From: a bacterium | GTDB taxonomy: Bacteria; Patescibacteriota; Minisyncoccia; UBA6257; 2-01-FULL-56-20 | DNA length: 64,000 nt | Assembly: GCA_021827685.1 (NCBI GenBank) | Contig: JAKAUM010000007.1 | Location: forward strand, 9,842-73,841 | Reading direction: 5' to 3' | Shown here: piece by piece, positions 36,255-46,356 of the stretch | Numbering within the stretch: position 1 is the stretch's first letter | How the letters are laid out: every line of letters begins with the position of its first letter | Made by a program: the position numbers and the translations under genes | The notes under the pieces: model-generated | Seen by the model: the letters and a program-made list of their open reading frames with translations, nothing else | What the model was told of the DNA's origin: nothing | Databases searched by the model: none

Positions 36255-37256
36255 TCAGATTGCCTTTGCGACATAATTTTTTGGCGCTTTTTTGAGCAGC
36301 TGCTTGAGCGCGGCCCGGGTGAGCAGCCCTGTTTGCGCGCCGTAAAACTGAACGACGTGCATGGATTCTATGGGCGCCCAGCGGAGCGCTTCGTGGACCG
36401 GCAGGCCGTAAATCAGCGCCGCCATAAAGCCCGTGGAAAACGCGTCGCCGGCTCCCGTCCGGGAAATCGGCGGCTTCGGGTCCGGATACGGCGGCATGAA
36501 GTAGCGGTCCGCGCCGTCCGACGCGTATGCGCCGGCGGGACCGTCGGTCACGGCCACGATTTTCGGGCCGAGCCTATGGAGCGCCCGGAAGAGTTCCGGC
36601 AACGGCGTGCCTTCCGGTTTTTTCGCGACGAGTTCCGCCTCCTCGCGGTTCAAAAAGAGGGCGTACGTATGCCGGTAGACATCCCTCAGCTTCTCCGTGC
36701 CGAAACGCAACTGGAACGTACCGGGATTGAACCCCATCCTGACGTCGGGGTGGCGCTTTAGGTAAGCAGCCATCTCGCGGTGGAACGGAAGGGTATGCTC
36801 CGCGATGGAGGAAAAATAAATCCAGTCCGCGCGCGCGTCGAGCGCGCGCGGATTCGCGTACTCGAAGGGCTGATGCTTGATAAGAATCGTCCGCTCCGTA
36901 TCGTAGGTAAGGACAAAGTGGTAATTGGTCGGCAGGTTCCGGTTCACCCTCACGAATTCGTCCGCGACTTTCTCTTTCTTATAGGCGGCGAGCACTTCCT
37001 TGCCGTGGCCGTCCCCGCCTATCGCGGTAAGCATGGCCGTTCTAAGGCCGAGCCTGCTCGCACCCACTGCGACATTGGACGCGTTCCCCACCGCAGGCGC
37101 GACGAAAAGCGACTGGTACGGGATTTTGTCCGCAAAAGCCATGCAGAGTTCCGCGTGTTCGTGCTTCTTGTCCCACTCGACCCGCGCCTCTTCGAGCTGG
37201 ATGAACGCATCGATAACCACGTCCCCCACGCACACGAGATCGTATTTGCGCCTCAT
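36255..37256 (-). CDS. PfkB-family carbohydrate kinase
   Basis: GNASNVAVGASRLG, NREEA, TGAGDAF. Confidence 0.92.
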   Translation of the reverse strand: MRRKYDLVCVGDVVIDAFIQLEEARVEWDKKHEHAELCMAFADKIPYQSLFVAPAVGNASNVAVGASRLGLRTAMLTAIGGDGHGKEVLAAYKKEKVADEFVRVNRNLPTNYHFVLTYDTERTILIKHQPFEYANPRALDARADWIYFSSIAEHTLPFHREMAAYLKRHPDVRMGFNPGTFQLRFGTEKLRDVYRHTYALFLNREEAELVAKKPEGTPLPELFRALHRLGPKIVAVTDGPAGAYASDGADRYFMPPYPDPKPPISRTGAGDAFSTGFMAALIYGLPVHEALRWAPIESMHVVQFYGAQTGLLTRAALKQLLKKAPKNYVAKAI

Positions 37257-37317
37257 AGCAGTATTATACCCCGCCCGCAGGGTTGTGGAAAAGCGGCCGG
37301 GCGGTTAGGATGGAATC

Positions 37318-37983
37318 ATGAAATCCTTGGAGGATCCGACGCCGGCGGCGGAGCGTGCCGAAGATCCCGTGTTGCGGGAAAAGATAGAAGAACTTCGCGC
37401 CGAACTCGACAGGGCGCGCAAAGAAGCCGTCACGGACGAAATGACCGGTGCGTATAACCGCCGCGGGTTCAAGGAGAAAATCCTCGAAGGAAGAGGGCGC
37501 GAAAGGCGGCGCGCTACCGCCATCCTCATCGTTGACGTAGACAATTTTAAAATGATCAATGACGCCTACGGGCATGACGCGGGCGATGCGGCGGTCGCGG
37601 CGGCGGCCGATTTCCTCCGCGCCAATACGCGGTCGCGCGATACTGTTTCGCGATGGGGCGGCGACGAATTCGTCGTGGCATTCAGCGGCGCGGAGGCGCA
37701 GGACATCATCAATAAATTTTACGAACCGGAGAATTCCGCGCGGCCGATGGAGGATCGCCGTTCAAAAATCAGCATTCCCGTAGAACTCGGCGGCCAGAAA
37801 ACGTTCGTCACCTTGAGCGGCGGCATTACGACCATGAGGGAAGGAGAATCCTTGGAAGAAGCGGTCGCGCGCGCAGACCGCGCGCTCTACCGCGCGAAAG
37901 AGGCCGGGAAAAACCGGCTAGAATCGGCGGACGAAGAAGGCCCTCGGTCGGCGGCGGCGGCGCCTGCGGAAACCTCCGGGTAG
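37318..37983 (+). CDS. Diguanylate cyclase (GGDEF)
   Basis: DEMTGAYNRR, DVDNFKMINDAYGHDAGD, RSRD I-site, RWGGDEF, AKEAGKN. Confidence 0.93.
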   Translation: MKSLEDPTPAAERAEDPVLREKIEELRAELDRARKEAVTDEMTGAYNRRGFKEKILEGRGRERRRATAILIVDVDNFKMINDAYGHDAGDAAVAAAADFLRANTRSRDTVSRWGGDEFVVAFSGAEAQDIINKFYEPENSARPMEDRRSKISIPVELGGQKTFVTLSGGITTMREGESLEEAVARADRALYRAKEAGKNRLESADEEGPRSAAAAPAETSG

Positions 37984-38047
37984 GCCGCGGCGGACGTACG
38001 GGAGCGACCGGCCCGGCCCGGCTACCGCTCGACCGCCGTCTCCACCG

Positions 38048-39037
38048 CTACTTCCTGCGCAAGGCCCTTTTTACGGCGGCCTTAATGTCTTTTACCCCCA
38101 TGCCGTACTTTTCGATGAGCTCTTCCGGCGGCCCTGATTCGCCGAACGTGTCATGCAGTCCGATGAATTCAATCGGCACCGGCGCCCGCCTCGCAAGCGC
38201 TTCCGCGACCGCGCCGCCGAGGCCGCCGCGGATCTGGTGCTCCTCCACCGTAACGACCGCGCCGGCTTTCTTTGCAAGCTCGGCGAGCGTCCTTTCGTCA
38301 AGAGGGCTGATCGTATGCACGTTCAGCACCGTCGCGCAGATTTTCTCCTTCTCGAGCTCGCGTGCCGCGACAAGGGCATGGTGCAGAAGGCCGCCGCAAG
38401 CCGCGATGAGCACCTGCGGCTTCTTCGACTGCCAGAAGATTTCCGCCTTGCCCGGGACGAAAGGAGTTTCGTCCGTCGTCATCACGGGCGTTTTTTCCCT
38501 CTGGAAGCGGAGGTATACCGGCCCCCAGACCTGCGCCGCCGCAAGCGTCGCCTTCCGCGCTTCTATCGCATCGCAAGGAACGATGACTTTCATGTTCGGC
38601 ATGGCCCGCATCATTGCGATATCCTCCGTCGCCTGATGCGTCGCGCCGTCCGGACCGACCGAAATGCCCGCGTGGTGCCCCGCGATCTTCACGTTCGCGT
38701 TGTTGTAGGCGATCGTCGTCCTGATTTGCTCCCAATTGCGGCCCGGCGAAAAAGTCGCGTACGAGGCGATGAACGGAATCTTGCCGGAGATGCCGAGCCC
38801 CGCGGCGATCGTCGCCATATTCTGTTCCGCGACGCCGAGCTCGATATAGCGCTCCGGAAACCGCTTCGCGAACGCGTCCGTGCGCGTGGATTCCGCAAGA
38901 TCGGCGCACAGCGCGACGACATTCGCATCCTTCTCGCCCGCGGCGACAAGCCCTTCGCCGTAGCCGTTCCGCGTCGGCGCCTGGGCGGCGTCCGCGTCGA
39001 ACAGCTTCGAATTCAGTTTTGCCGCCGGATCCAGCAT
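38048..39037 (-). CDS. Transketolase, C-terminal subunit
   Basis: ADLAEST, GVAEQNM, GPDGATHQ, TVEEH..GGLG. Confidence 0.95.
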   Translation of the reverse strand: MLDPAAKLNSKLFDADAAQAPTRNGYGEGLVAAGEKDANVVALCADLAESTRTDAFAKRFPERYIELGVAEQNMATIAAGLGISGKIPFIASYATFSPGRNWEQIRTTIAYNNANVKIAGHHAGISVGPDGATHQATEDIAMMRAMPNMKVIVPCDAIEARKATLAAAQVWGPVYLRFQREKTPVMTTDETPFVPGKAEIFWQSKKPQVLIAACGGLLHHALVAARELEKEKICATVLNVHTISPLDERTLAELAKKAGAVVTVEEHQIRGGLGGAVAEALARRAPVPIEFIGLHDTFGESGPPEELIEKYGMGVKDIKAAVKRALRRK

Positions 39038-39038
39038 A

Positions 39039-39158
39039 TTATCGCGTACCAAGGCGTTCCTTTTGGCCCCGGCTGACAAGCCAGGCGCTTCCGCCGACCA
39101 TGAGCGCCCCGACGATGATCGCCGTACCAAGCCCAAAGACGATATTGACGATTTTCAT
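39039..39158 (-). CDS. 39-aa single-TM peptide (not in ORF track)
   Basis: MKIVNIVFGLGTAIIVGALMVGGSAWLVSRGQKERLGTR*; fills the gap with 1-nt spacing to both neighbours. Confidence 0.6.
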   Translation of the reverse strand: MKIVNIVFGLGTAIIVGALMVGGSAWLVSRGQKERLGTR

Positions 39159-39159
39159 A

Positions 39160-40740
39160 TTATTCGTGTTCGTTCTTTATTCTCCCTCCGAGCGTCCGCA
39201 GTTCATGCAAAGCCCGCTCCGCCTCGCCGGGCCGGAACGGCTTCGAGTGCCAAAGGAAATCGTTTTCCATAAAATCCACCCCCTTGCCGGGAATCGTATG
39301 CGCGATGATGCAGGTCGGCTTTTCGTAGACCGCCCGCGCCTCGTTCACGGCCGCGATGATCTCTTCGAAGCTGTGGCCGTCGATTTCGAGCACGTGCCAG
39401 CCGAAAGATTCGTATTTCGAGCGGAGCGGTTCGAGCGGCATGACGTTTTCCGTGAATCCGTCTATTTGAATATTGTTGCGGTCGACGATGACGGTAAGAT
39501 CGTGCAGGCGGTTTTTCCCCGCGAACATCGCGGCTTCCCACGTATTCCCTTCTTCATGCTCTCCGTCGGAAGTAAGGCAGTACGTCCGCCACCTCCGGCC
39601 GTTGAGCCGGGCGGCGAGCGCCATCCCGCACGCCTGGGAAAGTCCGCTGCCGAGAGGCCCCGAAGTCGTCTCGATTCCGGGAAGCGCGCCGCGGTGCGGG
39701 TGCCCCTGGAGGCGCGTGCCGAGACGGCGGAGCGTCTTCAGCTCTTCCACGGGAAAATATCCGGCGCGCGCGAGGGCGGCGTATTGCACGGGGCATGCGT
39801 GCCCGTTCGAAAGCACGAGCCGGTCGCGGTCCGGCCAGTCCGGCCGCGCGGGATCGTGGTTTAAAATATGGAAATAGAATGCGGCGACGATATCGGCCAT
39901 GCCGAGAGGGCCGGCAATATGGCCGGAACCCGCCCGGGAAACCATGGCGATCACGTCCTCGCGCAGGCGGTTCGCCATGAATTCCAGCTCTTTCAGTTTT
40001 TTGTCGGTAAGGGATTCCATATCTTGTGCGCGCCGCCGCGGCGCGGGCGCGGTTGCGCGATACCATTCCGACCGCGGCGGCGCGGGATGCGCAAGCTCGC
40101 GGTACGCCGCGGCGGGATCGCCGCTTTCAAAAATATACGTGCCGGAGACGACGATGTCCGCGCCGGCAACTTCCGCGCGCCGCGCGGCCGCGGGCGCGAT
40201 GCCTCCGTCGACTTCTATTATAGCATCGGGGATTTTCTTCCGAAGCAGGCGCGCTTTCATAAGCGTAAGCGGCAGGAACTTCTGGCCTGCGGGACCGGGA
40301 TGCACTGCAAGCACCTGGAAAAGTTTCGTGAGCGGCGGGCGCCCGGCGCCTCCGAGGAACGGCGCAAGTTGCGAAATTTTCGTTTCCGGATTCGAGGAGA
40401 GCATGGCTTCCGCGCCCCGCGCGCGGCATTTTTCCGCGATCGCGGCGAACGCGCGCGCATCCGCCGCCTCCGCGTGCACGATAAGGCGCTTGGCGCCCGC
40501 CGCAAGCCAGGCATCCGCATGCGCCTCCGGATGCTCCACCATTAGATGCACCTCCGCCGAAAACGGCGCACGGAGATTCGCCCATTCCGCGGGGCTCACG
40601 CCGGATTTATGGAACGTAAAAACGCCGTCCGCGACGTCGAGATGGATAAGCTCGCCGGGCGCGAGAAATGTTTTTGCCTTTTCAAGGCGCTCCCGGACGC
40701 ACCGCAAGTCGGAACAGTTGATGACGGGAATAACCTTCAT
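39160..40740 (-). CDS. Ribulose-phosphate 3-epimerase fused in frame to transketolase N-terminal subunit
   Basis: HLDVADG, HLMV, VHPG..GQ.F, VDGG (Rpe); then AGSGH, LSNGHA, LQGHP, GPLGSG, DGEHEEG (Tkt-N). Confidence 0.88.
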   Translation of the reverse strand: MKVIPVINCSDLRCVRERLEKAKTFLAPGELIHLDVADGVFTFHKSGVSPAEWANLRAPFSAEVHLMVEHPEAHADAWLAAGAKRLIVHAEAADARAFAAIAEKCRARGAEAMLSSNPETKISQLAPFLGGAGRPPLTKLFQVLAVHPGPAGQKFLPLTLMKARLLRKKIPDAIIEVDGGIAPAAARRAEVAGADIVVSGTYIFESGDPAAAYRELAHPAPPRSEWYRATAPAPRRRAQDMESLTDKKLKELEFMANRLREDVIAMVSRAGSGHIAGPLGMADIVAAFYFHILNHDPARPDWPDRDRLVLSNGHACPVQYAALARAGYFPVEELKTLRRLGTRLQGHPHRGALPGIETTSGPLGSGLSQACGMALAARLNGRRWRTYCLTSDGEHEEGNTWEAAMFAGKNRLHDLTVIVDRNNIQIDGFTENVMPLEPLRSKYESFGWHVLEIDGHSFEEIIAAVNEARAVYEKPTCIIAHTIPGKGVDFMENDFLWHSKPFRPGEAERALHELRTLGGRIKNEHE

Positions 40741-41183
40741 GCTTCGAGTCCCGCGATTTTCCGGAGCCGGCGGGCGTAGCGCTCGCCGCCGTCGAACGGC
40801 GTCGTAAGGAACACTTTCGCGATCTTCAACGCCGCCGCTTCATCCGTAAAATCCGCAGCGAGCGCAAGCACGTTGATGTCGTCATCATGGCGTCCTTGAT
40901 AGGCCTGATCGGGCGACGCGGCAAGCCCCGCGCGCACGCCGCTCACCTTGTTCGCCGCGATGTCCGCGCCGATACCGGAACCGCACACCACGATGCCGCG
41001 CGAGAGGTCCGGCGCGGAAGCGACGCCCCGCGCGACCGCCCCCGCATAATCCGGATAATCGTCGTCCGGCGCGAGCGCCGCGGCGCCTTCGTCCGCGATT
41101 TCATATCCTTCCTCTTTTAATGCGGCCTTCAGGCGCTCCTTCAGCGCGAAACCGCGGTGATCGGCGCCGAGATAGATGACCAT
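40737..41183 (-). CDS. rpiB: Ribose-5-phosphate isomerase B
   Basis: GADHRG, DYPD, CGSGIG, ANK, HDDINVL. Confidence 0.93.
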   Translation of the reverse strand: MVIYLGADHRGFALKERLKAALKEEGYEIADEGAAALAPDDDYPDYAGAVARGVASAPDLSRGIVVCGSGIGADIAANKVSGVRAGLAASPDQAYQGRHDDDINVLALAADFTDEAAALKIAKVFLTTPFDGGERYARRLRKIAGLEA

Positions 41184-41198
41184 GGGACGATTATGCGT

Positions 41199-42224
41199 TT
41201 ATTTCCCCGCGAGCGCGGCTACATGCTTTACGAGCGTCGCCACGTAGCCGGCTTCGTTGTCGTACCATGAAAGAACCTTGACGAGGTCGCCGTCCACCAC
41301 TTTCGTGAATCCGAGGTCCACGATGGCGCCGTACCGTTCGCCGACGATGTCGCGCGAGACGATCTGGTCATTCGTCACTTTCAATATCCCCTGCCACCGC
41401 GGCGAGGCGGCGGCGTCCGACAAGATCTTGTTTATCTCCTCGACGGAAGTCGGCCGCTTTGCGACGAACGTGATGTCGGAGATCGAACCGACGATGGACG
41501 GCACGCGGAACGCCATGCCGTCGAACTTGCCCTTGAGCTCCGGAATCGCGCGCGTGACGGCGACGGCGGCGCCCGTCGTGGACGGAGAAATGTTCTGGGC
41601 CGCCGCGCGGCCGCGGCGGTAGTCGCGGCCGCGCACGGGGCCGTCGACGATGCTCTGGGTCGCCGTATAAGAGTGGACCGTGGAAAGTATCGCCTTCACG
41701 ATGCCTGGGTTTTCCGAGAGCGCCTGGATGACGGGCGACGCCGAGTTCGTAGTGCAGGAACCGTTCGAGGTGACGGGGCATGCCGCAATCTGATCATCAT
41801 TTACGCCCATGAGGATCGTGCGTCCGGCGGGCCCATCTTCGTCCTTTGCCGGCGCCGTAATCACGACGCGCTTCGCGCCGGCCGCGAGATGCGCCTTTGC
41901 CTGCTCAAAAGATTCGAAAAAACCGGTGGACTCCACGGCAACATCGATATCCATATCCTTCCACGGAAGCGCGGACGGATCCTTGACTTGGAGGAATTTC
42001 ACCGGCGTCCCGTCCACTATGAGCGCGCCCGCCGCGGGGTCGTGCCTCACTTCTTTATCATAACGTCCATAGACCGTATCGTACCGGAGGAGATATGCAA
42101 GATTTTCCGCGTCGCCCAGATCGTTCAGGGCCACTATCTCCATGTCCTCCCTCCCGAACGCCTGCCGGAAAAACAGCCTGCCGATCCTTCCGAAACCGTT
42201 CACCGCAACGCGAAGCTTTGCCAT
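41199..42224 (-). CDS. gap: Type I glyceraldehyde-3-phosphate dehydrogenase
   Basis: NGFGRIGR, SNGSCTTN, STTGAA, WYDNE. Confidence 0.96.
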   Translation of the reverse strand: MAKLRVAVNGFGRIGRLFFRQAFGREDMEIVALNDLGDAENLAYLLRYDTVYGRYDKEVRHDPAAGALIVDGTPVKFLQVKDPSALPWKDMDIDVAVESTGFFESFEQAKAHLAAGAKRVVITAPAKDEDGPAGRTILMGVNDDQIAACPVTSNGSCTTNSASPVIQALSENPGIVKAILSTVHSYTATQSIVDGPVRGRDYRRGRAAAQNISPSTTGAAVAVTRAIPELKGKFDGMAFRVPSIVGSISDITFVAKRPTSVEEINKILSDAAASPRWQGILKVTNDQIVSRDIVGERYGAIVDLGFTKVVDGDLVKVLSWYDNEAGYVATLVKHVAALAGK

Positions 42225-42272
42225 ATCCTTATTATACATGAAAGTTCTTCCGTGCGCTTGCCTCTCGTCCGC

Positions 42273-42782
42273 TTACTGCCCTATCTGCACCGCATCGCCG
42301 ACGCGGATGCCGTATTTCGCGACCGCGCCAGCATTCGTTTCGAGCACCTTGTCCGTGCCGTCGGGGGAAGAATAAATCCTGAGCTTCCATAGCGGGGCTC
42401 CCGGCTGAGGCGCGGCATCCTGTACGAATCCGAGTACCTCTTCGCCGCCGCCCGCGGCGGACGGCCCCATCCAGATCATGTCAATGGGGAAGTTCATATC
42501 CTTCATCCAGAAATTCTGAACGCCCGGCCGCCTGAAGATGAAAAGCATCCCGTCGTCCGCGCCCAAGGCGGTGCGGTATGAAAGACCCCTGGCCTTCGCA
42601 ATCGTCGTCGTCGCAACTTCGGCATTGAACGCGGCGCCGCCGATGCGCACGGTCGCCGCGGCGAGCGGCGGATTCGGGCGGCGGAATAAGTAAAGATAGG
42701 AGACCGCCGCGCCGGCGGCCACTACGATAACGGTGATAAGCATAAAGAGTGCCATGTCCTTTTTCATCGGCGGTGCTTCCAT
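42273..42782 (-). CDS. DUF192 family protein
   Basis: ARGLSYR, GMLFIF, FWMKDMNFPIDMIW, VLETNAG. Confidence 0.9.
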   Translation of the reverse strand: MEAPPMKKDMALFMLITVIVVAAGAAVSYLYLFRRPNPPLAAATVRIGGAAFNAEVATTTIAKARGLSYRTALGADDGMLFIFRRPGVQNFWMKDMNFPIDMIWMGPSAAGGGEEVLGFVQDAAPQPGAPLWKLRIYSSPDGTDKVLETNAGAVAKYGIRVGDAVQIGQ

Positions 42783-43363
42783 CCTACCATGCCGGATCTC
42801 CCGCCGCGGCGGGAGGGATGCTCGCCAAGGCGGCGGGTGGTCGCGTCCGAGTGCGGCAGCGGGGCGGCCGCGCGGGGCCGCGGCGAAGGGCGGCGAAGCC
42901 CGAACGCGACCACGCCGAACGCAACCGCGACATTCAGGGATTCTTTTTTTCCGGACATCGGTATCTCAAGAACCCTGTCCGCGAGGGCGAGGACGGACGG
43001 CGGGAGGCCGCGCACTTCCGCGCCCATAACGAGGCAGAACTTTCCGGCGCGCGTTTCGCGCGCCGGAATCTTGAAATACGGGGTGGCGCGGGACGATTGT
43101 TCCACGGCAAAAATCCGCCACCCGTCCCGCCGCAGGCGCTTCAGGACCGCGGTCGAACTTTTTGCGGATTCCCATGCGACATAGTCCTGCGCCCCGAGCG
43201 CCACCTTCGCGAAATCGGGCCGGAGCGCCCCAAAGCGGTCGAGCGGCGCGGGAGTGATCCCGCAAAGATAAATGCGTTCCGCTCCCGCCGCATCCGCCGT
43301 ACGGAAAATCGAGCCGACGTTATGGATGCTCCTGATATTATGGAGCGCAACCGCGAATCGCAT
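42764..43363 (-). CDS. SpoU/TrmH family RNA methyltransferase
   Basis: HNIRSIHNVGSIFRTADA, GAEVRG, IPMSGKKESLNVAVA. Confidence 0.9.
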   Translation of the reverse strand: MRFAVALHNIRSIHNVGSIFRTADAAGAERIYLCGITPAPLDRFGALRPDFAKVALGAQDYVAWESAKSSTAVLKRLRRDGWRIFAVEQSSRATPYFKIPARETRAGKFCLVMGAEVRGLPPSVLALADRVLEIPMSGKKESLNVAVAFGVVAFGLRRPSPRPRAAAPLPHSDATTRRLGEHPSRRGGRSGMVGWKHRR

Positions 43364-43371
43364 AAAACATA

Positions 43372-45042
43372 TTATAGGGTAAAATCCGCCGCATTGTCTC
43401 CGGTGTCGCGGATTGCGCCGTCCGAGAATTTCCGCGCGAGCGCCTGGCCGGCGCCCGGATCCGCGGGATAAGGCGCGCCTTCGCCATATTGCCCCTCTCC
43501 CATCCCCCATGCGACCGCATCCATTACGGTTCCGCTTGCATCGAAGAGCGCGACGCTGTTGTCCGCGGCGAGCGTCTCCGAACTCGTCGCATCGGCATGA
43601 ATCGCGGCGCCGAACCCGTTCCCGCCGTTCGCCCAGACGAAATACCCATCCGCCGGAACCATACTGCCGACAGGAAACGTCCGCAGGGAATATTCCGCGC
43701 CGGTCGCCGACTTCTTTTTTAATTTCCATCCGCCGACGTCCACGGCGACAGCCGACGGGTTAAAAAGCTTCACGAAGTCATTGTCGGGCGCATCCCCGGC
43801 GATCTGCACCTCGGCGATCTCTATTACCGTGGAGGACACCTCGGCAATCGCGCACGGCGGCTCTTCCGAGGTCGAAGTTGCGCCGCTATTACTGTCGTTC
43901 CCGCCGCCCGCACCGCTTGCGCCGCCGCTTCCGCCTGCGAGAACCGGCGCAGGAACCGAATTCTTCGCCTTCGGCGTACCGCCAGGATCAACGCTCGTAT
44001 GCCATCCGTAGCCGTCGGCATCGCGCTCAAGCGTGCGCTTATCCGTATTATCTCCTCCCGGCCAGCCGGATACCGCCGAAATCCGGTCCGCAACCGCGCA
44101 TCCTGGGCCGAAAAGGGTAAGCGTCGCTCCTTCGTTGGAAAGCGCTCCCGCATATCCCTGGTCGGCTTCAATTCCCGGAATGGTTCCCGACTCCGCCGGT
44201 CCGCCGCCGCGCTCCAAAAGGTAGAAACCGCCCGCGGGAATGACTGCCGCATCCCCTCTTCCGATTACGATATCCAATTTGCCCGCCGCATCCTCCAATT
44301 GCCACCCCGAAACATCCAACGGCGCTGCCGAAAAATTCGCGAGCTCGATCCATTCTCGATTTCCCGCCGCCTCCGCCGTTTCTCCCGCCCGCGGCGGCGA
44401 ACCCATCCATGCAATTTCATTAATGAATGCCGCGCGCGAGGGCATTTCCAAAGCGGCGGAGGCGATATCGCACGGCGGGGGGATCTTGGCGGCCGGTGCC
44501 GAAGACGCGGCGGCCGGCGGAGAAAATGGAAGCGACAGCGGCTCTTCTCCGGGCGGCGCCGTCGCAGACAAGCCGGACGAAGCATTCGCGCCGTCCGCGG
44601 CGGGAATTTCGTCCGCATGGGAGCCGGCGGCATCGGAGGCCTCAACGGGCGCGTCGGCAGTCGCGCCGTTACCGCCGCCCGCCGCGGAAGCGGCGCCGGG
44701 CAAAACAGCCGCGCCCTGCGGAACATCCGCCATTGCTCCGCGCGCGCTATCCGATGCGACGGAAGGAATTTCTTCAGGGGTGGATCCTAATAAAGTATCC
44801 TCCCCGGAGCCGCCGGCTCCGAGTCCGCGGCCCGCGCCTTCAAATGCCCCGCTCCACGATTGCGCAATAATGGCCGTTGTCGCGTGAAACGCGCTTTTCG
44901 CCGCCGTCGGGAAAAAATATGCCGCCGCGCCGGCCGCCGCGCCAATGCCCGCGAACAATCCCGCCGCAATGCCGAATGCCGCACGCCGCGCCGCCCGCCG
45001 CCGCCGCGCCGCAAACCGCTCTATAGTCTGCATGCCGCCCAC
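43372..45042 (-). CDS. Surface protein with two lamin-tail domains
   Basis: INEIAWMG...EWIELAN...DVSGWQL and IAEVQI...DFVKLFNP...VGGWKL; N-terminal TM and Ala/Ser/Pro linker. Confidence 0.82.
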   Translation of the reverse strand: MGGMQTIERFAARRRRAARRAAFGIAAGLFAGIGAAAGAAAYFFPTAAKSAFHATTAIIAQSWSGAFEGAGRGLGAGGSGEDTLLGSTPEEIPSVASDSARGAMADVPQGAAVLPGAASAAGGGNGATADAPVEASDAAGSHADEIPAADGANASSGLSATAPPGEEPLSLPFSPPAAASSAPAAKIPPPCDIASAALEMPSRAAFINEIAWMGSPPRAGETAEAAGNREWIELANFSAAPLDVSGWQLEDAAGKLDIVIGRGDAAVIPAGGFYLLERGGGPAESGTIPGIEADQGYAGALSNEGATLTLFGPGCAVADRISAVSGWPGGDNTDKRTLERDADGYGWHTSVDPGGTPKAKNSVPAPVLAGGSGGASGAGGGNDSNSGATSTSEEPPCAIAEVSSTVIEIAEVQIAGDAPDNDFVKLFNPSAVAVDVGGWKLKKKSATGAEYSLRTFPVGSMVPADGYFVWANGGNGFGAAIHADATSSETLAADNSVALFDASGTVMDAVAWGMGEGQYGEGAPYPADPGAGQALARKFSDGAIRDTGDNAADFTL

Positions 45043-45091
45043 CGTAGCACACGAGCCATTAAACGGCCGTTAAATGGTCTATAATAGAAAG

Positions 45092-45817
45092 ATGTCTCCC
45101 AGTCCCCGCTCAGATTTCCACCCACATCCCCGCCTCCGCCGGCGCCCCCCGAGACGGGACAGCGTAAAAACCGCGCTTGTCGTACTCTGGTCCGCGGCGC
45201 TTGCCCTTCTCGTACTCACTTTCATCGCCGTCTTCTATCCGCCCGGAGAGGCCGGGCCCACGACCTTGCCGTTCAGCTTGTCGTCAAGCACTCCCGGCAT
45301 GGCGACGACCACCGCGACCACCACTGCAATCGCCGCCCAAAACCCGGCGCCGACCAGTTCGGCGACGAGCAGTGCGGGCGCCACGAGCACCGTAACCGCC
45401 ACCGCGCCGGGAGAATTCGCGAGCGAGTATTCGACGCCGCCCGTCGCCTGGCAGGACAGCGGCGCGCAATTCTCGCTTACCGGCGCTTCGCTCAGCGGAA
45501 ACGAGCTCACGCTCACGCTTGCGATCCAGATCGGCGACTCCCCCGCGTGCATTCCCGCAAACCTCCGCCTCGTCGCAAACGAGACCGGCGCCCTCCGCGC
45601 GCCGGATTCCCCCGCCGGCGGCGAATTTACCTTCCCCGACACGCAAAGCTGTAACGGGACGCCCGGCGCCGTTTACAGCGCCTCCGTTACATTCAGCGTG
45701 GACGGAGTCGCCCCGCCCTATCTCCTCACGACCGGAGGAGCCGCAAACCAATATTTCTTCGCCGCAACCTCCACCCACGGCGGCGTCAACATTTCGCTCC
45801 CCGCGACGCAGGGTTAA
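45092..45817 (+). CDS. Membrane-anchored Thr/Ser-rich hypothetical protein
   Basis: Basic N-terminus, TM, T/S/A linker, beta-rich domain with Cys pair; TATAAT 6 nt upstream. Confidence 0.72.
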   Translation: MSPSPRSDFHPHPRLRRRPPRRDSVKTALVVLWSAALALLVLTFIAVFYPPGEAGPTTLPFSLSSSTPGMATTTATTTAIAAQNPAPTSSATSSAGATSTVTATAPGEFASEYSTPPVAWQDSGAQFSLTGASLSGNELTLTLAIQIGDSPACIPANLRLVANETGALRAPDSPAGGEFTFPDTQSCNGTPGAVYSASVTFSVDGVAPPYLLTTGGAANQYFFAATSTHGGVNISLPATQG

Positions 45818-45827
45818 CGGCTCGAGA

Positions 45828-46328
45828 CTAGCCCGCCCGCACCGGCGCTCCCGAAGGGGGCGCCGTTTTTGCCACGCCGTGTTTCCCGAGATCTTCCAGC
45901 CGGCCTTCCAGGCAGACCGGATCCATGGATTCGATTTCATCCATATACGGCAGCCCTTCCGGCATGCCGTGAAGGAAGAAAATCTTCTTGCCGTGGACGT
46001 ATGCCTGCCCCATTTCGATAAGCACGTTTCCGCCGATATAATTCTTGACGCCGTTCTTCTCGGCATTCACGAAAAGTATGACGTCGCTTTCCAAAATCCC
46101 CTGATAATGCTGTTCCAGATATTTGTTCTCGCGCTTGATGGCAGCCCGCTCGCCCCTGCCTCCCCCGTGCCAGCGCGTCATAATATCCTGCTTCTCGCCG
46201 CGCACGAATGCTTCGTAGTCAGGATGGATCCATGCGTCATAACCGAGCTCCTTCAAGCGGTTCGTCGTGGCCACCATCTCTTCCTTGAACCAGCTGCTGC
46301 CGAGTATATAGATCCTTGCGCCGTCCAT
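45828..46328 (-). CDS. Nucleoside deoxyribosyltransferase-fold hypothetical protein
   Basis: IYILGS..F, I.ESD.ILFVN, YIGGNVLIEMG.A...KKIF. Confidence 0.65.
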   Translation of the reverse strand: MDGARIYILGSSWFKEEMVATTNRLKELGYDAWIHPDYEAFVRGEKQDIMTRWHGGGRGERAAIKRENKYLEQHYQGILESDVILFVNAEKNGVKNYIGGNVLIEMGQAYVHGKKIFFLHGMPEGLPYMDEIESMDPVCLEGRLEDLGKHGVAKTAPPSGAPVRAG

Positions 46329-46356
46329 GATGGCCTCATGATATCATGTAGGCGAT

